Positions 25,189 through 35,963 of a DNA stretch of 56,491 nt are shown here, piece after piece. The DNA is taken from positions 1-56,491 of the forward strand of contig JBBTWV010000002.1 of assembly GCA_038062615.1 (NCBI GenBank). Direction: 5' to 3'. The notes beneath the pieces are model-generated. The model had not been told where the DNA came from and ran no database searches. It worked only from the letters and a program-made list of their open reading frames with translations. The translations under genes and the position numbers were made by a program. The DNA is from Patescibacteria group bacterium (GTDB lineage Bacteria > Patescibacteriota > Gracilibacteria > UBA1369 > UM-FILTER-53-11). Each line of letters opens with the position of its first letter. Positions within the stretch are counted from its first letter, which is position 1.

Positions 25189-26154
25189 ATGCATGGGGAA
25201 ATGAGTATAATGCAACCAATGCCAAAACAATCACTCAATTTTGCAGACCGGCTGGTAGCCGCAATCAAACAAAAAGGTACGCCTGTTTGCGTGGGTTTGG
25301 ATCCACGGCTGGAAAATATTCCATCTTTTTTGAAGACGAAACATATTCATGAAAAAGGCAGAAGTTTTGTGGCGGCGGCGGATACATTTTTAGAATTTAA
25401 TAAAGGTATCATTGATGCGATTCATGACTTGGTCCCAGCGGTAAAGCCGCAGTTTGCTTTTTATGAGCAGTATGGATTTTCGGGCGTTTGGGCTTTTGAA
25501 GAGACGTGTAAGTATGCGCAAGAAAAAGGACTCATGGTTATTGCGGACGCAAAGTGCAATGATATTGGGACGACCGCCGAGGCTTATGCCAATACTTTTT
25601 TGGGTGAGACGGATGTGTTTGGTGAAAAAGTTTCCGTGATGGACTGTGACGCCGTTACGGTGAATCCTTATTTGGGATACGATGGCGTGAAGCCGTTTAT
25701 GGAGGTTTGTAAAAAACGTGGGAAAGGAATTTTTGTGCTCGTGAAAACTTCCAACCCGTCATCCGGAGATTTGCAAGATCGCATGACGGAGGACAAGTTG
25801 CGCAACTATGAAGTGACGGCACACTTGCTGGAAGCTTGGGGGGCTGATGAAATTGGGAAGTGCGGGTATAGCTCTATTGGCGCGGTGGTTGGAGCCACGT
25901 ATCCAGATGAAGCGGCGCGACTGCGAAAAGTAATGCCGCATGTTTATTTTTTAGTCCCGGGTTATGGGGCACAAGGTGCCAAGGCTAAAGATGTAAAAGC
26001 CTGCTTTAATGAAGATGGACTTGGAGCGCTTATTAACAACGGTCGCGATATTATTTTTGCTTGGGAAAAATCAGAGACTTCCGAGAAGGATTATGCGGCG
26101 GCAGCGCGTGTGGCGGTTCTAGAAATGAAAAAGAAGTTGGCGGAATTGTTTTAA
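25189..26154 (+). CDS. pyrF: Orotidine-5'-phosphate decarboxylase, type 2
   Basis: VCVGLDP and VIADAKCNDIG (the DxKxxD motif), with a ~320-aa long-form length. The exact start among several early Met codons is uncertain. Confidence 0.85.
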   Translation: MHGEMSIMQPMPKQSLNFADRLVAAIKQKGTPVCVGLDPRLENIPSFLKTKHIHEKGRSFVAAADTFLEFNKGIIDAIHDLVPAVKPQFAFYEQYGFSGVWAFEETCKYAQEKGLMVIADAKCNDIGTTAEAYANTFLGETDVFGEKVSVMDCDAVTVNPYLGYDGVKPFMEVCKKRGKGIFVLVKTSNPSSGDLQDRMTEDKLRNYEVTAHLLEAWGADEIGKCGYSSIGAVVGATYPDEAARLRKVMPHVYFLVPGYGAQGAKAKDVKACFNEDGLGALINNGRDIIFAWEKSETSEKDYAAAARVAVLEMKKKLAELF

Positions 26155-26954
26155 AGGGAAGAGAAATGCGCGAGCTTTTCCCACTCTTCAATACTCAGTG
26201 TTTCCGCGCGGCGTGTTAGTTCAATTCCGGCTTTTTTTAAAAGTTCTACGTCAAAAACGCCGCGAAGCATTTTTCGTTTGTGTGAGAATCCGCGGTGTAT
26301 ATTTTCGAAATAAGTTTTTTGCGCGACACTCGTCGTAGCTTGGTCGTGCGTCGCCGCCGGAAATTCAATTTTCAAAATAGCGGAATCCACTTTAGGCACC
26401 GGTTTAAAATTCCTGCGGGAAACAATCTTCATAATTTTAGGCACGCCAAATGTCTGTACATGAAGGGCTAAGACGTTCATGTGCGGCGGCGACGCGCATA
26501 TTTTTTCGGCAACTTCCTTTTGCACCAAAAGAACGGCACGCTGCGGAAGATTATTACTTTTACGAATAAAATGATCCAGTAGCGGAGAAGTAATGGAATA
26601 GGGAATATTGGCCACCCAGTAATAGGGGACTTGCGGTGGAGGCACATCCAGCGCATCGGCATGAATCAATTCCAAATTCCGATGCGTGTCGCGGCAAGCG
26701 GCCGCGGCTAAATTCTTCTGCATGCCAAATTCGGCTTGGAGGTGCGCAAAAAGATGGTTATCCTTTTCAATCGCTTTCACTTTCACGTTGCGCGCAAGAA
26801 GAGCCGAGGTAAGAATCCCAAATCCTGGCCCCACCTCCACCACCAATGCTCCCGCAGGAAGATCGGCGTACTGCAAAATTTTCTCCACGATCATGGGTTG
26901 GATAAGAAAATTTTGACCGAAAGATTTTTTAGGATGAAATTCGCGCAGTTGCAT
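26151..26954 (-). CDS. rsmA: 16S rRNA (adenine1518/1519-N6)-dimethyltransferase
   Basis: KKSFGQNFL, VEVGPGFG (SAM site) and NIPYSITSP. Confidence 0.9.
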   Translation of the reverse strand: MQLREFHPKKSFGQNFLIQPMIVEKILQYADLPAGALVVEVGPGFGILTSALLARNVKVKAIEKDNHLFAHLQAEFGMQKNLAAAACRDTHRNLELIHADALDVPPPQVPYYWVANIPYSITSPLLDHFIRKSNNLPQRAVLLVQKEVAEKICASPPHMNVLALHVQTFGVPKIMKIVSRRNFKPVPKVDSAILKIEFPAATHDQATTSVAQKTYFENIHRGFSHKRKMLRGVFDVELLKKAGIELTRRAETLSIEEWEKLAHFSSL

Positions 26955-29727
26955 AATTCCTTTGAAAAAACTTGCGAACTTCTTCTACAAAAAGCATAGA
27001 AAAAGAAATAATCGCCAGTACTCCCCACTGGCTCCACGTCAGTGCCATCGTCTTAAAATACGTGTGAAAGAATGGGATCTGCACGATAGCTACCGTGGCC
27101 CCAATAGAAAACGAAATTGCCGCTAGGAGACTTGGGTTTTCAAAGAACTTCATTTTAAAGACGGATATGGTTTCGCTGCGGCTGTTGAAAACATGAACCA
27201 TTTGTAGCAAGGTAAGGACCACAAAGGCCATCGTTGCTGACTCAAAATAAAGCGTGCTTTCAATATCCACATTCCCACCAAAACTCCAGCCGTTTGCGAT
27301 GAGATTTCCTACGAACACCGCTGCCGTGGTAAGCCCAATCCAAAGCCCGCTTAACATGAATCGGCGGACAAAAGCCCCTTCCATAATTCTAACGTTTGTT
27401 TTGCGCGGAGGGCGTTCAAGAATATCTTTGTGTACGGGTTCCACGCTCAAGGCAAGAGAAGGGAAGACGTCGGTAAGCGTGTTAATCATGAGGATGAGGA
27501 CGGCCGTGAGAGGTGCCGGTAGTGCCAGCAGAATGGTAGAAAAAATAGCGATGAGCTCGCCGATGTTGGAAGAAAAAATAAAGAAAATAAATTTTCGCAT
27601 ATTTTCGTAAATGGTTCGTCCTTCAATGATCGCCGTTACGATAGTTTTAAAACTGTCATCCGCTAAAACCATATTGGCAGCTTCTTTGCTCACATCGGTG
27701 CCGGTAATACCCATGGCGATGCCAATGTCTGCTCGCGCGAGCGACGGCGCGTCATTTACGCCGTCGCCGGTTACCGCCACCACTTCGCCGGCACGCTTGA
27801 GGGTGTCCACAATACGGAGTTTATGTTCCGGGCTCACGCGTGCAAAAATAGTTTCTTGCCCTTTTGCCACAAAGTCCAAAAGTTTCTCATCAGAAATTTT
27901 ATCCAGCATTTCTCCGGTAAGAATGTGCACTCCAAACGATTTCACGAGCCCCAGTTCTTTAGCAATGGCATGAGCAGTGAGTCCGTGATCACCGGTAATA
28001 ATAAATACGCGAATGCCGGCTTTGTGGGTCAATTTAATGGCTTCTTTAACCTCTTCTCGGGGAGGGTCAATCATAGCCATAACTCCCAAAAAAATGAGGT
28101 TCGACTCAATTTCTTTCTCCTCATAATGTTTTTTATTCGGCACGGAAATTTTCTTATAAGCCACGGCAATAGTTCTCAGGGCACGATTGGCCATGAGATC
28201 CGTTCGCTTGAGGAGCTCCTCCCGAAGAGTGGCATCGAGCGGAACCATTTTATCGCCCTTCATCATATGGCTGCAGAGGGGTAAAAGCCCATCCGGAGCA
28301 CCTTTGGTAAAAGCCAAAACTTCTCCCGTTGCCCGTTCTTTTACGACAAGAGACATGCGTTTGCGCCCGGCATCAAACGGAATCTCTTGAATCCGCTCAT
28401 ATTTTTTATGTATTTCTTCAGTCACAAAACCGGCTTTCTCAGCCGCTGTAAGTAGTGCCCCTTCGGTAGGATCTCCCAAAATGGACCAGGTATCATCCTT
28501 ATTCACCAGCTTGGCATTATTGTTAAGGATGTTTGTGGTCATGGCCAGTTCCAGATGTTGGTAAAATGCGGGCTGTTCCTTTGTAAGTTTTTTTTGATTT
28601 TCATGATCGAATTCAAAATATTCCAATAGGCCGAGCCGTGGCGAGGCTAAGCCAATACTGCCCCGACCTGATGTCGGGGAAACCTTCTCTTTGGCTCCTG
28701 AATGATGAACAGAAAAGCCTCCCTTGGGTTCATAGCCGATTCCGCGGACCGTAACATCATAATCTCCCAAAAAGATCTCCTGGACCGTCATCTCATTTTT
28801 GGTGAGAGTGCCTGTTTTATCGCTGCAAATAACCGTTGTGGAGCCAAGCGTTTCTACGGAAGAAAGCTGTTTAACAATGGCATTTTCTTTAGCCAGCCGC
28901 TGTACTCCGAGCGCTAGCGCCACCGTAATGGTTGCCGGAAGGCCTTCTGGTACCGCCGCCACAGCGACGGCAACCGCAAAGAGAATGGTATCAATCAGTT
29001 CTCGACCTTGTATAAAAAACCCAATGAGAAAAAGAACGAGCGAAAGTACAAGCGTAATTTTCCCTACAAAAACTCCAAGATGGATTAGTTCTTTTTGCAA
29101 AGGACTCTTATCCTTTTCTGTTTCACTCGTGAGGCGGGCAATCTTTCCAAATTCAGTATGCATGCCAGTTTGCATCACCACCGCCTGGCCGTTGCCATGC
29201 GTCACCTGCGTTCCCATAAATATTTTTTTATTTTTCTGAGAATCTTTCCTTACCGGCACCGACTCACCCGTTAAAATGGCTTCATCAACGCGAATATCGT
29301 GATCCTCAAGAATATGCCCATCCGCCGGTATTTTATCGCCTTCATTTAAAATAATGATATCGCCGGGTACAAGTTGAGTGGCATCAATGAGGATCTCGGT
29401 GCCGTCGCGCTTCACTCGCGCTTTGGGTGAGAGCAATTTTTTAAGAGCGCTAATGGCTTTCTCTGCTTTATATCCCTGAATAAACCCAATACTGGCATTC
29501 AAAATAACGATGCCGATGATAATGGAACCATCAATTTTTTCTCCGGCGATGTAAGCAAAAGCGGCCGCCACGATCAAAATAATTACGAGCAGATCTTTAA
29601 ATTGCGCAAAAAATTGCAGAATGAGCGGAGTCCTCCGCTTTTCTTGTATAAGATTGAGACCGAATTTCTTAAGAAGCGAGGCGGCTTCAACCGAGGTAAG
29701 TCCGGTCGTCAGATTTTTTTCTTTCAT
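26929..29727 (-). CDS. P-type (P2, Ca2+/cation-transporting) ATPase
   Basis: TGES, the DKTGTLT phosphorylation site and the TGDGVNDAP hinge. 932 aa with about 10 TM segments. Confidence 0.9.
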   Translation of the reverse strand: MKEKNLTTGLTSVEAASLLKKFGLNLIQEKRRTPLILQFFAQFKDLLVIILIVAAAFAYIAGEKIDGSIIIGIVILNASIGFIQGYKAEKAISALKKLLSPKARVKRDGTEILIDATQLVPGDIIILNEGDKIPADGHILEDHDIRVDEAILTGESVPVRKDSQKNKKIFMGTQVTHGNGQAVVMQTGMHTEFGKIARLTSETEKDKSPLQKELIHLGVFVGKITLVLSLVLFLIGFFIQGRELIDTILFAVAVAVAAVPEGLPATITVALALGVQRLAKENAIVKQLSSVETLGSTTVICSDKTGTLTKNEMTVQEIFLGDYDVTVRGIGYEPKGGFSVHHSGAKEKVSPTSGRGSIGLASPRLGLLEYFEFDHENQKKLTKEQPAFYQHLELAMTTNILNNNAKLVNKDDTWSILGDPTEGALLTAAEKAGFVTEEIHKKYERIQEIPFDAGRKRMSLVVKERATGEVLAFTKGAPDGLLPLCSHMMKGDKMVPLDATLREELLKRTDLMANRALRTIAVAYKKISVPNKKHYEEKEIESNLIFLGVMAMIDPPREEVKEAIKLTHKAGIRVFIITGDHGLTAHAIAKELGLVKSFGVHILTGEMLDKISDEKLLDFVAKGQETIFARVSPEHKLRIVDTLKRAGEVVAVTGDGVNDAPSLARADIGIAMGITGTDVSKEAANMVLADDSFKTIVTAIIEGRTIYENMRKFIFFIFSSNIGELIAIFSTILLALPAPLTAVLILMINTLTDVFPSLALSVEPVHKDILERPPRKTNVRIMEGAFVRRFMLSGLWIGLTTAAVFVGNLIANGWSFGGNVDIESTLYFESATMAFVVLTLLQMVHVFNSRSETISVFKMKFFENPSLLAAISFSIGATVAIVQIPFFHTYFKTMALTWSQWGVLAIISFSMLFVEEVRKFFQRNYATARISS

Positions 29728-29758
29728 GTATCAATTTTACCATGTACAAAGGCATTTT

Positions 29759-31864
29759 TTATACAAAGCAATTTCGTTCGCTTTCGGTTGAATTATTTGA
29801 TTCGTCGGTTTCGATAATTCGATTTTCCGGATCTACAATGGCGCGGAAGGATGCATACGAAGAGAGATCAAGCTGCTCATATCGCGTCCAAGGAGTTCCG
29901 GGTAGAAGCTCGGTGATTTGTTCTTCAAAAATGACGGTTGCACTTCCGTCTTCACGAATGCCGATAATGCGCACCGTGAACGGCGACGTCACCCCCATCT
30001 CGGAATTGTTCATAACCATCAGCTCGGATGATCTTGTGAAGTGGCAAAGGTCTATCATGCTGAATTGTATGGTGAGATCCGGTGCTTGAGAAACTCTCTG
30101 CTCATCAAGGTTGATGTTGACGTCGGCTCCGCCGCGAGTATTAGGGGAAAAAGAGAAGGAAGTATTCAGAGCTGAAAGTTGGAAAGACGTATTTTTGTTT
30201 ATGCACGAAACCGTAAAATCAGAGATAGCAGAATCGAAGGTATATTCCACGTGAGGAGAGGCATCGAGAAGGAGAGATTGCCCGCTTATTTGTGGCGCCA
30301 TCGGACAAATGGTTGCAAAAAGACACCCTTCAGCAGGCAACGTCATGCGGTTCAAAATATCCTGTGAGTGGCTGGCGTCAGGAAAAGACTTATTGGCAAA
30401 ATCATCGAGCCCGATTGGTTTTCGGTACTCTATACAAAGAGGATTTTCGCGATAAGGAATGCGCAGTACCTGTGAGCCAGAAGATTTTGTCTCAAGAACA
30501 TCGAGAGGATACGTTCCGTCTTGAGTGATAGTCGTAGAAGTAACCCAGTTCAACATCTTTTTTCTCCATCCGTTGATGTGACCTTCAAAATATGCACCTC
30601 CCATGACATCAAAAGGATTCAAATATTCTATTGGGTAACAACCTTCATCGCTGAATGATGCATCACCACACTCCAATCCATTGGCATGCCCAAGGAAGCT
30701 GTCGAATGCCCCATGTCCAAGTTCATGTTCAATGATCGCACTCGTGAAGGTAGCGATAGAGGCAATGCTCGTGGTAGCTTCGCCGTCTTGACTGATAAAT
30801 TGCCATTTACCAAAGCTTAAACCGCCACCTGTTGTTTGTGTCGAGGGATAGATGACCAATGCATCCACATCTTGAAAATTTACCGAAGGATCACAGGTTT
30901 CAATTGCTGCTGCTGTTTCGCTGCCGCCGTCAGTTGGATACGGACCAGTCCAAACGGTATTTCCTGCATATTGCGTTTGGATACTTACTTTATTATAAGA
31001 AACTTCACGGTAATAATCATTGACTCTCTGCATGACAGGCCGAAGCGTATTAATGGAAATTTCTGGATCATTCGAGTTCCATCGCATGATGCAAACAAGC
31101 ACCTTTAAAGGTGTTCCGCTTTGAGCTCTCGGTGGCGCAGGCACTCTATTGCGATCTTCAGCGAGTGGGTATGGGAGTTCAAACAATAAAAACCATTTGA
31201 GTTTCATTACGACATTGAGCAGTTCCTGTTGAACAGCTCCGCTTTGCGGGCTTGTTTGTGACCGGATGACGTTTTGCAAGACCGGGAGTGCAGTAGTGCG
31301 AATTTCACTAATGCGTTTGGCTACTTCCTGATACTGTTCTTTATCATACAAAGCTTGAATTTTAGGTATTGATGACTTCATATTATTGAGCGTTTCTCGA
31401 AGTGGGTCACTTAAAGAAAACAATTCAATCTGACTTATTTGCTTAGACCAGGATATTAATAAGCTGGGAAGAAGAGCCATTTTTTTCGTGTACGCAAGTT
31501 TGTCATTTAATTGTTCATGATTAAAAAGATGCAGGAGGTTATCTTTGTTCACCATGGAAGCTCCGGAAAATTTTTGCTCAAATTCTTGAAGTTTTTTCTC
31601 CACTTCTTTATCGAAAAAAGAATGTAGCAACTTTTTGTTAGAAGGTATCATTTTTTTAGACTCATCTTTTTTCTTAAGAAGGTCTTTGAAGTTCGGTAAC
31701 TGCGCGGCTTCTTGTCTTGGAGGAGATGGTAAACGAGGGGAAGGGATTTTTTTCTTGCCAAAAGGATCAAATGCCCCTTTAAAAAGTTCCGTATTCGGAA
31801 TAACCATGACAAGGAACAAGGTTAAACCCAACACAACCAGAATAATTTTAATTTTTTTGAGCAT
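29759..31864 (-). CDS. Secreted putative zinc metalloprotease (HEXXH) with C-terminal CARDB-like domain
   Basis: N-terminal signal/TM segment, the IIEHELGHGAFD motif, and a C-terminal PDL...VDPENRIIETDESNN signature typical of CARDB. Confidence 0.65.
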   Translation of the reverse strand: MLKKIKIILVVLGLTLFLVMVIPNTELFKGAFDPFGKKKIPSPRLPSPPRQEAAQLPNFKDLLKKKDESKKMIPSNKKLLHSFFDKEVEKKLQEFEQKFSGASMVNKDNLLHLFNHEQLNDKLAYTKKMALLPSLLISWSKQISQIELFSLSDPLRETLNNMKSSIPKIQALYDKEQYQEVAKRISEIRTTALPVLQNVIRSQTSPQSGAVQQELLNVVMKLKWFLLFELPYPLAEDRNRVPAPPRAQSGTPLKVLVCIMRWNSNDPEISINTLRPVMQRVNDYYREVSYNKVSIQTQYAGNTVWTGPYPTDGGSETAAAIETCDPSVNFQDVDALVIYPSTQTTGGGLSFGKWQFISQDGEATTSIASIATFTSAIIEHELGHGAFDSFLGHANGLECGDASFSDEGCYPIEYLNPFDVMGGAYFEGHINGWRKKMLNWVTSTTITQDGTYPLDVLETKSSGSQVLRIPYRENPLCIEYRKPIGLDDFANKSFPDASHSQDILNRMTLPAEGCLFATICPMAPQISGQSLLLDASPHVEYTFDSAISDFTVSCINKNTSFQLSALNTSFSFSPNTRGGADVNINLDEQRVSQAPDLTIQFSMIDLCHFTRSSELMVMNNSEMGVTSPFTVRIIGIREDGSATVIFEEQITELLPGTPWTRYEQLDLSSYASFRAIVDPENRIIETDESNNSTESERNCFV

Positions 31865-31873
31865 GGGAGTACG

Positions 31874-32230
31874 TTATTTCTTCATGTATACCGTAGCGGT
31901 ACCTGTGCCTTCTGAAATGCCGCGGAAACTTCTTGGAAGGAAATGAGTACCCTCGCCTTGAGGAGTGCTTACATCAGTGGTCACATATACCCCATCAACA
32001 TCTTGCGAGAAAACAATCTCTGGAGCAAAAACATAATCGGCATCTGATCCTGAGATTCCGCGCTCACCGCCTCCATATCGGCAAGAAAATAAATTCTTCA
32101 TGACGCTCATGGAAGTACAGTTAAAGACTTCGGTGATGAATGCTTTTTGAAAACGATGCATGACAAAAATATCTCGCTCAGTATAACATATTTCACTCAA
32201 CGAACTCACCGTACCTGCCCTTTTCTCCAC
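31874..32230 (-). CDS. Hypothetical protein (start uncertain; alternative ATG at 32161)
   Basis: 118-aa ORF between trmD and the protease gene. It overlaps the trmD 3' end if the long form is used. No domain recognised. Confidence 0.35.
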   Translation of the reverse strand: MEKRAGTVSSLSEICYTERDIFVMHRFQKAFITEVFNCTSMSVMKNLFSCRYGGGERGISGSDADYVFAPEIVFSQDVDGVYVTTDVSTPQGEGTHFLPRSFRGISEGTGTATVYMKK

Positions 32231-32853
32231 TCGGCTATTTTTTTGTGATCACCATTCAGCAGTACATCGGGAACCTTGAGTCCTTTAAATTCGCGCGGTT
32301 TGGTGTAATGCGGATATTCTTTTTTGCCTCCCAAGGCCTCGGTAAAGGAATCTTCACGCGCAGATTCTTTGTTCCCCAGAGCCTTGGGCAACAGCCTTGT
32401 AACCGCATCAATAAGCACCATGGCGGGTAACTCGCCGCCGGTGAGTACATAATTGCCAATGGAGATTTCCTCGTCAACACACAGTTCTTTGATCCTTTCA
32501 TCAATGCCTTCATATCGGCCGCAAAGCAAAATGAGGCCGCGTTTTTTAGAAAGCTTTTTTGCCAATTTGTAATCCAACATTTTCCCTTGAGGAGAAAGAT
32601 AGATCACCGGCGCTCCTTTATTTTTTTTCTTCACCGCTTTTACACAGTCATAAATGGGCTGAGGCGTCATCACCATGCCGGCTCCTCCGCCGTAAGGAGT
32701 TCCGTCCACTTTTTGATGCCGATCTTTGCTGTACCGGCGTATATCATGAAAACGAATTTTGATAGTCTTTTTTTTGATTTCACGGCCAAGAATACTACCT
32801 GCGAGATAGGAATCAAGGAGATGAGGAAAGATAGTGAGAACGTCAAACACCAT
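32206..32853 (-). CDS. trmD: tRNA (guanine37-N1)-methyltransferase
   Basis: FDVLTIFP, DGTPYGGGAGMVM and CGRYEGIDER. Confidence 0.9.
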   Translation of the reverse strand: MVFDVLTIFPHLLDSYLAGSILGREIKKKTIKIRFHDIRRYSKDRHQKVDGTPYGGGAGMVMTPQPIYDCVKAVKKKNKGAPVIYLSPQGKMLDYKLAKKLSKKRGLILLCGRYEGIDERIKELCVDEEISIGNYVLTGGELPAMVLIDAVTRLLPKALGNKESAREDSFTEALGGKKEYPHYTKPREFKGLKVPDVLLNGDHKKIAEWRKGQVR

Positions 32854-32865
32854 GGAGCGGCGTTT

Positions 32866-33480
32866 TTAACGTTTACTGAATTGAGGTGCGCGGCGTGCTC
32901 GTTTAAGACCGTACTTCTTGCGTTCTTTAATGCGGGAATCTCGAGTCAAAAAGCCCATTGGCTTAAGCGTGGTTCTTAAATTACTGTCATGTTCCAAAAG
33001 AGCTTTGGAGACGCCATGACGAACCGCTTCGGCTTGGGAGTGAATGCCTCCACCATGGACTTGGACCACAATGTCAAAAGTTTTGAGAGTGTTGGCCATG
33101 CGCAGCGGCGCCATAATCTTGTCTTGATCCGTAAAAACCGGGAAGTAGTTTTCAAATGTACGTCCATTAATGGTAATGACACCCTTTCCATTCTGGTAAA
33201 GTCTCACACCGGCAACGGATGTTTTTCGTTTACCGTTAGCGTAAAAATACGTTCCGCTCCGTTTTGGAATAATGCCTTGGTGAACCTCTTCTTTTTTGGG
33301 CGAAGCGGATGGCACATTAGAAGCATCTTCAAACGAAGCAACGGTTTTAATAATTTGTGGGGTTTTTTTAGTCGCAACTGCTTTAGCCGGCGCCTTTGGA
33401 GCTGCCTTTTTTACCGGTGGTTTTTTTGTGACTTCCTTTGCCACTGCCGGTTTTGCTTTCTTTGCTGGGGTTTTAGCCAT
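32866..33480 (-). CDS. rpsI: 30S ribosomal protein S9 with ~70-aa Lys/Ala/Pro-rich N-terminal extension
   Basis: C-terminal GGGIHSQAEAVRHGVSKAL...RDSRIKERKKYGLKRARRAPQFSKR. Confidence 0.9.
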   Translation of the reverse strand: MAKTPAKKAKPAVAKEVTKKPPVKKAAPKAPAKAVATKKTPQIIKTVASFEDASNVPSASPKKEEVHQGIIPKRSGTYFYANGKRKTSVAGVRLYQNGKGVITINGRTFENYFPVFTDQDKIMAPLRMANTLKTFDIVVQVHGGGIHSQAEAVRHGVSKALLEHDSNLRTTLKPMGFLTRDSRIKERKKYGLKRARRAPQFSKR

Positions 33481-33485
33481 AGATC

Positions 33486-33932
33486 TTAGAGTTTAAGAGG
33501 CTCCGGAGATTGAGCTTTCACATTGTGAGTGTCTTCCGGGAAGATGTGGAGCTTACGCATAAGATGTTTGCGAGTTTTGTTGCGCGGGAGCATTCCCCAA
33601 ACCGCGTCATAAATAATTTTTTCCGGTTTGGTCTCAGATATTTCTCTGGCGGTGCGCGTTCTAAAACCACCTGGATACCGAGTATGCCAGTGGTACATCT
33701 TCGTGTCCATTTTATTTCCGGCTAGGCGAACGGACTTGGCGTTGATGACGACCACATAATCCCCGCAATCTGTCTGAGGTGTAAAGAAAACCTTGTTTTT
33801 ACCGCGCAGAATATTGGCAATTTTCGTAGCAATCGGTCCAAGCGTTTTGCCTTTTACATCAACCAGGAACCACTTTTGCTTAAGTTCTTGCTCGGTGGGT
33901 ACGTGCGTTTGCTGTGATGGTTTGAGTTTCAT
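33486..33932 (-). CDS. rplM: 50S ribosomal protein L13
   Basis: KQKWFLVDVKGKTLGPIATKIANILRGK...GDYVVVINA. Confidence 0.9.
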   Translation of the reverse strand: MKLKPSQQTHVPTEQELKQKWFLVDVKGKTLGPIATKIANILRGKNKVFFTPQTDCGDYVVVINAKSVRLAGNKMDTKMYHWHTRYPGGFRTRTAREISETKPEKIIYDAVWGMLPRNKTRKHLMRKLHIFPEDTHNVKAQSPEPLKL

Positions 33933-33938
33933 AAAATA

Positions 33939-34292
33939 TTAAAGAAGTTCAATTTGAACGAGACAGGCACTATCACCTTTGCGCAGTCCAATGCGTGTAA
34001 TGCGGGTGAATCCGGAAGTTCGTTTTTCGTACTTGGGCTTGAGTTCGTCCATCAATTTGCGCTGAGCAGCTGGAACCGAACAGAAACGAGGCAAAATGCG
34101 AATGGCCTCGCGTTTTTCTTTCCTCTGAGCAAAGTTCATGAGTCTGCCGAATCTTGCAGCAACTGCCTTAGCTCGGGTTTCCGTAGTGCGAATGCGGCCA
34201 TGGAGAATCAAAGACGATACGAGATTCTTGAGGAGTGAGTCGCGGTGAGGCTTCGCAAGTCCAAGTTTTTTAAGTTTTTTCTGGTGGCGCAT
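33939..34292 (-). CDS. rplQ: 50S ribosomal protein L17
   Basis: MRHQKKLKKLGLAKPHRDSLLKNLVSSLILHGRIRTTETRAK. Confidence 0.9.
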   Translation of the reverse strand: MRHQKKLKKLGLAKPHRDSLLKNLVSSLILHGRIRTTETRAKAVAARFGRLMNFAQRKEKREAIRILPRFCSVPAAQRKLMDELKPKYEKRTSGFTRITRIGLRKGDSACLVQIELL

Positions 34293-34313
34293 AAAAATAA
34301 GGGTAAAACCCTA

Positions 34314-35288
34314 TCACACATCGGAAAGTTTCAAACTACGAGCCTCAAGAGCGGCGGCGACTTCGTTAAGCGCTTTTCTTCCAAATCCGCGAAGGTTAGT
34401 AAGTTTGCTCTCTGTGCATTTTGTAAGCATCTCAATAGAACCAATTTCGCCATTAATGAGAGCATTAAGGGTTCTTGGGGAAAGTCCCAGAATTTCAATA
34501 GGCGTATAAGATTCTTGCGTTGGCTTTTTGGATTCCTCTTGCTCCGCCTTTGCCGTGATCTTGTTCACATCCGTCATGAAGTCAGGCTCCACAGAGACAT
34601 CTGCCACATTGAAGAGTCCAAAGTAGGATTTGAGAACATTGGAAGCAAATTTAAGGGCATCTTCCGGGCTAAGAGCACCGTTTGTCTCAATTTCCATGGT
34701 GAGTTTATCTAAATTCGTGAGGGAACCCACACGAGTGGACTCCACATCGTACTTAACTTTTTTGACAGGGGAGAAGAAGGCATCAATCCAAATAATGTTT
34801 ACAGTGTCATCTGTTTTTTGAGCCTGAGCAACTGGACGGTAACCAACGCCTTTTTCAATTCGCAGTTCCATATTGAGTTTGCCGCCTTTATCTAAAGTCG
34901 TAATGTAAAGTTCTGGATTGAGAATTTCCACGTCGCTTGGAACCTCAATATGTTTGGCCAGGATAACGCCTTCTTTGTTTACTTTCAAAGTTCCGACGGC
35001 TGGTTCTTTGGAACCTTTCTTAAGCTGAAGGAGTTTCAAATTCAACATAATATCGAGTGCGCTCTCTTTCACACCTTTCACCGTAGCGTATTCATACGTC
35101 ACACCCTCAATGCGAACGCCCGTAACGGCTGCGCCAGGAAGGGATGAAAGCAAGACTCGGCGAAACGCATTACCCACCGTCATGCCGTAGCCCGTAGGAA
35201 GAGGACTCACCGTGAAGATGGCGTGTGTGGCAGAAATGCGTTGAATGCGAATCTTTGGAATCCCAATTTCTTCTTGAATCTGATGCAT
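34314..35288 (-). CDS. rpoA: DNA-directed RNA polymerase alpha subunit
   Basis: GYGMTVGNAFRRVLLSSLPGAAV in the N-terminal domain and a C-terminal HhH domain (LGLSPRTLNALINGEI). Sits in the alpha-operon position. Confidence 0.9.
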   Translation of the reverse strand: MHQIQEEIGIPKIRIQRISATHAIFTVSPLPTGYGMTVGNAFRRVLLSSLPGAAVTGVRIEGVTYEYATVKGVKESALDIMLNLKLLQLKKGSKEPAVGTLKVNKEGVILAKHIEVPSDVEILNPELYITTLDKGGKLNMELRIEKGVGYRPVAQAQKTDDTVNIIWIDAFFSPVKKVKYDVESTRVGSLTNLDKLTMEIETNGALSPEDALKFASNVLKSYFGLFNVADVSVEPDFMTDVNKITAKAEQEESKKPTQESYTPIEILGLSPRTLNALINGEIGSIEMLTKCTESKLTNLRGFGRKALNEVAAALEARSLKLSDV

Positions 35289-35335
35289 AAGAGTGGTGGA
35301 AAGGAATAAAAGTGTAGGAATTCTAGGCGAGCGGT

Positions 35336-35941
35336 TTACCTCGAGTAGAATTCAATAATCATTTGAGGTTCAACGGATGCCTCCAAATCTTGCTTTGCGG
35401 CTTTTCCGATGACTTGTCCCGTAAAATTCTCAGCATCTACTTTGAGCCAAGCCGGTGGGGTAGTAGCCCGCTTTGAGAGATTTTCAAAAGCTGGCATCGT
35501 CTTATTTTTTGGACGCACAGTGAAACTATCGCCTTCTTTAAGTTGAATGGACGGCACATTGGCACGCTTGCCGTTGAGGGTAAAGATACCGTGAGCCACA
35601 AACTGACGAGCCTGACGTCGCGTGGTGGCAAAACCAGAACGGAACACGATATTATCAAAGCGATTTTCTAACTGGCGAATAAGCTCTTCACCAGAAACTT
35701 CTGGACTGGAAATCGCATTTTTGTAATATTTTTGAATCTGTTTTTCTGAAACTCCAAAAATACGCCTCGTCTTTTGCTTCTCGCGAAGCTGTTTGGCGTA
35801 GTCGGATTTTTTGCCATGCGTATCTTTTCCGTGCATGCCCGGCGGATAATTTCGGCGCACCGTAGCACACTCGTGTTTATCGCACAGTTTCATGCCTTCG
35901 CGGCGGCAGAGACGACAGATTGGTCCTAGATAACGACCCAT
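35336..35941 (-). CDS. rpsD: 30S ribosomal protein S4
   Basis: MGRYLGPICRLCRREGMKL...YAKQLREKQK, plus an S4 RNA-binding domain. Confidence 0.9.
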   Translation of the reverse strand: MGRYLGPICRLCRREGMKLCDKHECATVRRNYPPGMHGKDTHGKKSDYAKQLREKQKTRRIFGVSEKQIQKYYKNAISSPEVSGEELIRQLENRFDNIVFRSGFATTRRQARQFVAHGIFTLNGKRANVPSIQLKEGDSFTVRPKNKTMPAFENLSKRATTPPAWLKVDAENFTGQVIGKAAKQDLEASVEPQMIIEFYSR

Positions 35942-35963
35942 AAAAAAATAAAAATTAGATGTT